DNA of 64,000 nt from Octopus sinensis (Eukaryota): the NCBI RefSeq assembly GCF_006345805.1, contig NW_021832428.1, positions 1 to 64,000 of the forward strand, written 5' to 3'. Below are positions 63,251-64,000 of the stretch, piece after piece. Numbering within the stretch: the stretch's first letter is position 1; each line of letters begins with the position of its first letter. Under the pieces are notes generated by a model, which saw only the letters and a list, made by a program, of their open reading frames with translations, had not been told where the DNA came from and made no database searches. A program made the position numbers and the translations under genes.

Positions 63251-63254
63251 AGTC

Positions 63255-64000
63255 CGACCTTGAATTGGAACACTAAGTGTTCCAAAAACTGAGGTTTTGT
63301 CAAAAAATTAATATCAATATAAATTTAATTAAGACGTTTATTTACGAAACCAAAATTTAATTAAGATTAAAATATTTAATTAATTAGGACTTTCAATCCT
63401 GATTGATAGTCTCTCTTCTCCTTTTAGGAGAAGAGTCTGCTGCTTGTTCCTCTTCATTCTCTATCTCTGCGTCGGTTGTTGTGCGTCTTTTATCTTTGAA
63501 TGAATTCCTGGCGGCATGCCATTTCTACTAGTTGATCGGTCGCAGAGGTATATTCCTCGCCAGTTATCTTCATTCCATGCTTGTGTTCAATTATCATGCT
63601 CTCTAGCGTCCTTTTGAGCACAATCGATTGGATGTATGTCATTGTAGATTTTTCAATATATAGTTATCCATATAATTTTTGAAGCATCTTGTGACAACAC
63701 CATCCCAGGTCAGAACCACAGGAATAATTTTAACTTGGCATTCGTAGAGTAGTGACAGTTCATTTGCAAGGAAATCATATTTTGAAGTTTCTCAACTTCC
63801 ACTTGTTTTAAGCGGTCCTGAGATGTTATGCCCACCTCGATTAAGGTTATTTCCTTTTTAATCTTGTCATAAACAAAGATATCCGGTTTATTGAAGTTGA
63901 CTTTATTTTCTGTTATAATTGACGTGTCAACTTTAATTTCTACATTTTGAGTTGACAATATCGACTGAACTGAATGAGTCTTTAATTTCCTGTTCTTTTT
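63255..64000 (-). mobile_element. RLE-type non-LTR retrotransposon 3' end (runs off the window)
   Basis: It reads KPDIFVYDK..ITLIEVGIT..EKL(Q)KYDFLANEL (1-nt frameshift at 63780-83), IIPVVLTWDG and YIQSIVLKRTLES. Confidence 0.85.

Noticed and set aside
63265-63285. Perfect hairpin TTGGAACAC-TAA-GTGTTCCAA as a Helitron 3' end
   Set aside because: There is no CTRR terminus at the expected distance and no Rep/helicase sequence. It may be a retrotransposon 3' UTR structure.
63775-63790. Systematic homopolymer sequencing error (similar 1-nt losses at 962, about 3676, 16934, 17325, 17957 and 63780)
   Set aside because: All cases are in mobile elements, while host genes I parsed (four LRR genes, 776-aa cadherin, Sm D2, Psf3) stay in frame. 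Real decay is more likely, though reads are needed to exclude errors.

Overview
This is AT-rich eukaryotic (animal) genomic DNA with very small spliceosomal introns, mostly 21-34 nt GT-AG by hand parsing. That size resembles what is reported for dicyemid mesozoans; the taxon is my inference. The micro-introns hide most genes from the six-frame ORF track. Housekeeping genes include anillin, coactosin-like, Sm D2, a FERM protein, COX4, a ubiquitin/AN1 zinc-finger protein, a Ras-like GTPase, Psf3, eIF3j, a reduced spectraplakin and HSBP1. Between them lie decayed mobile elements: RLE- and APE-type non-LTR retrotransposons (one with a 2A motif), pogo/Tigger, a hAT end, an intron-containing Merlin, a Ginger2-like element and a tRNA-derived SINE. 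The main result is two interleaved multicopy surface/secreted protein families. One is a small secreted leucine-rich-repeat family (4 intact 8-exon copies of about 200 aa plus 1 pseudogene). The other is a protocadherin-like family (1 intact, 1 truncated, several fragments). In both, introns and flanks are nearly identical between copies while specific exposed residues are heavily replaced, and the LRR copies are mosaics of each other. This suggests a diversifying recognition locus. All gene models are manual; no expression data or database searches were available.
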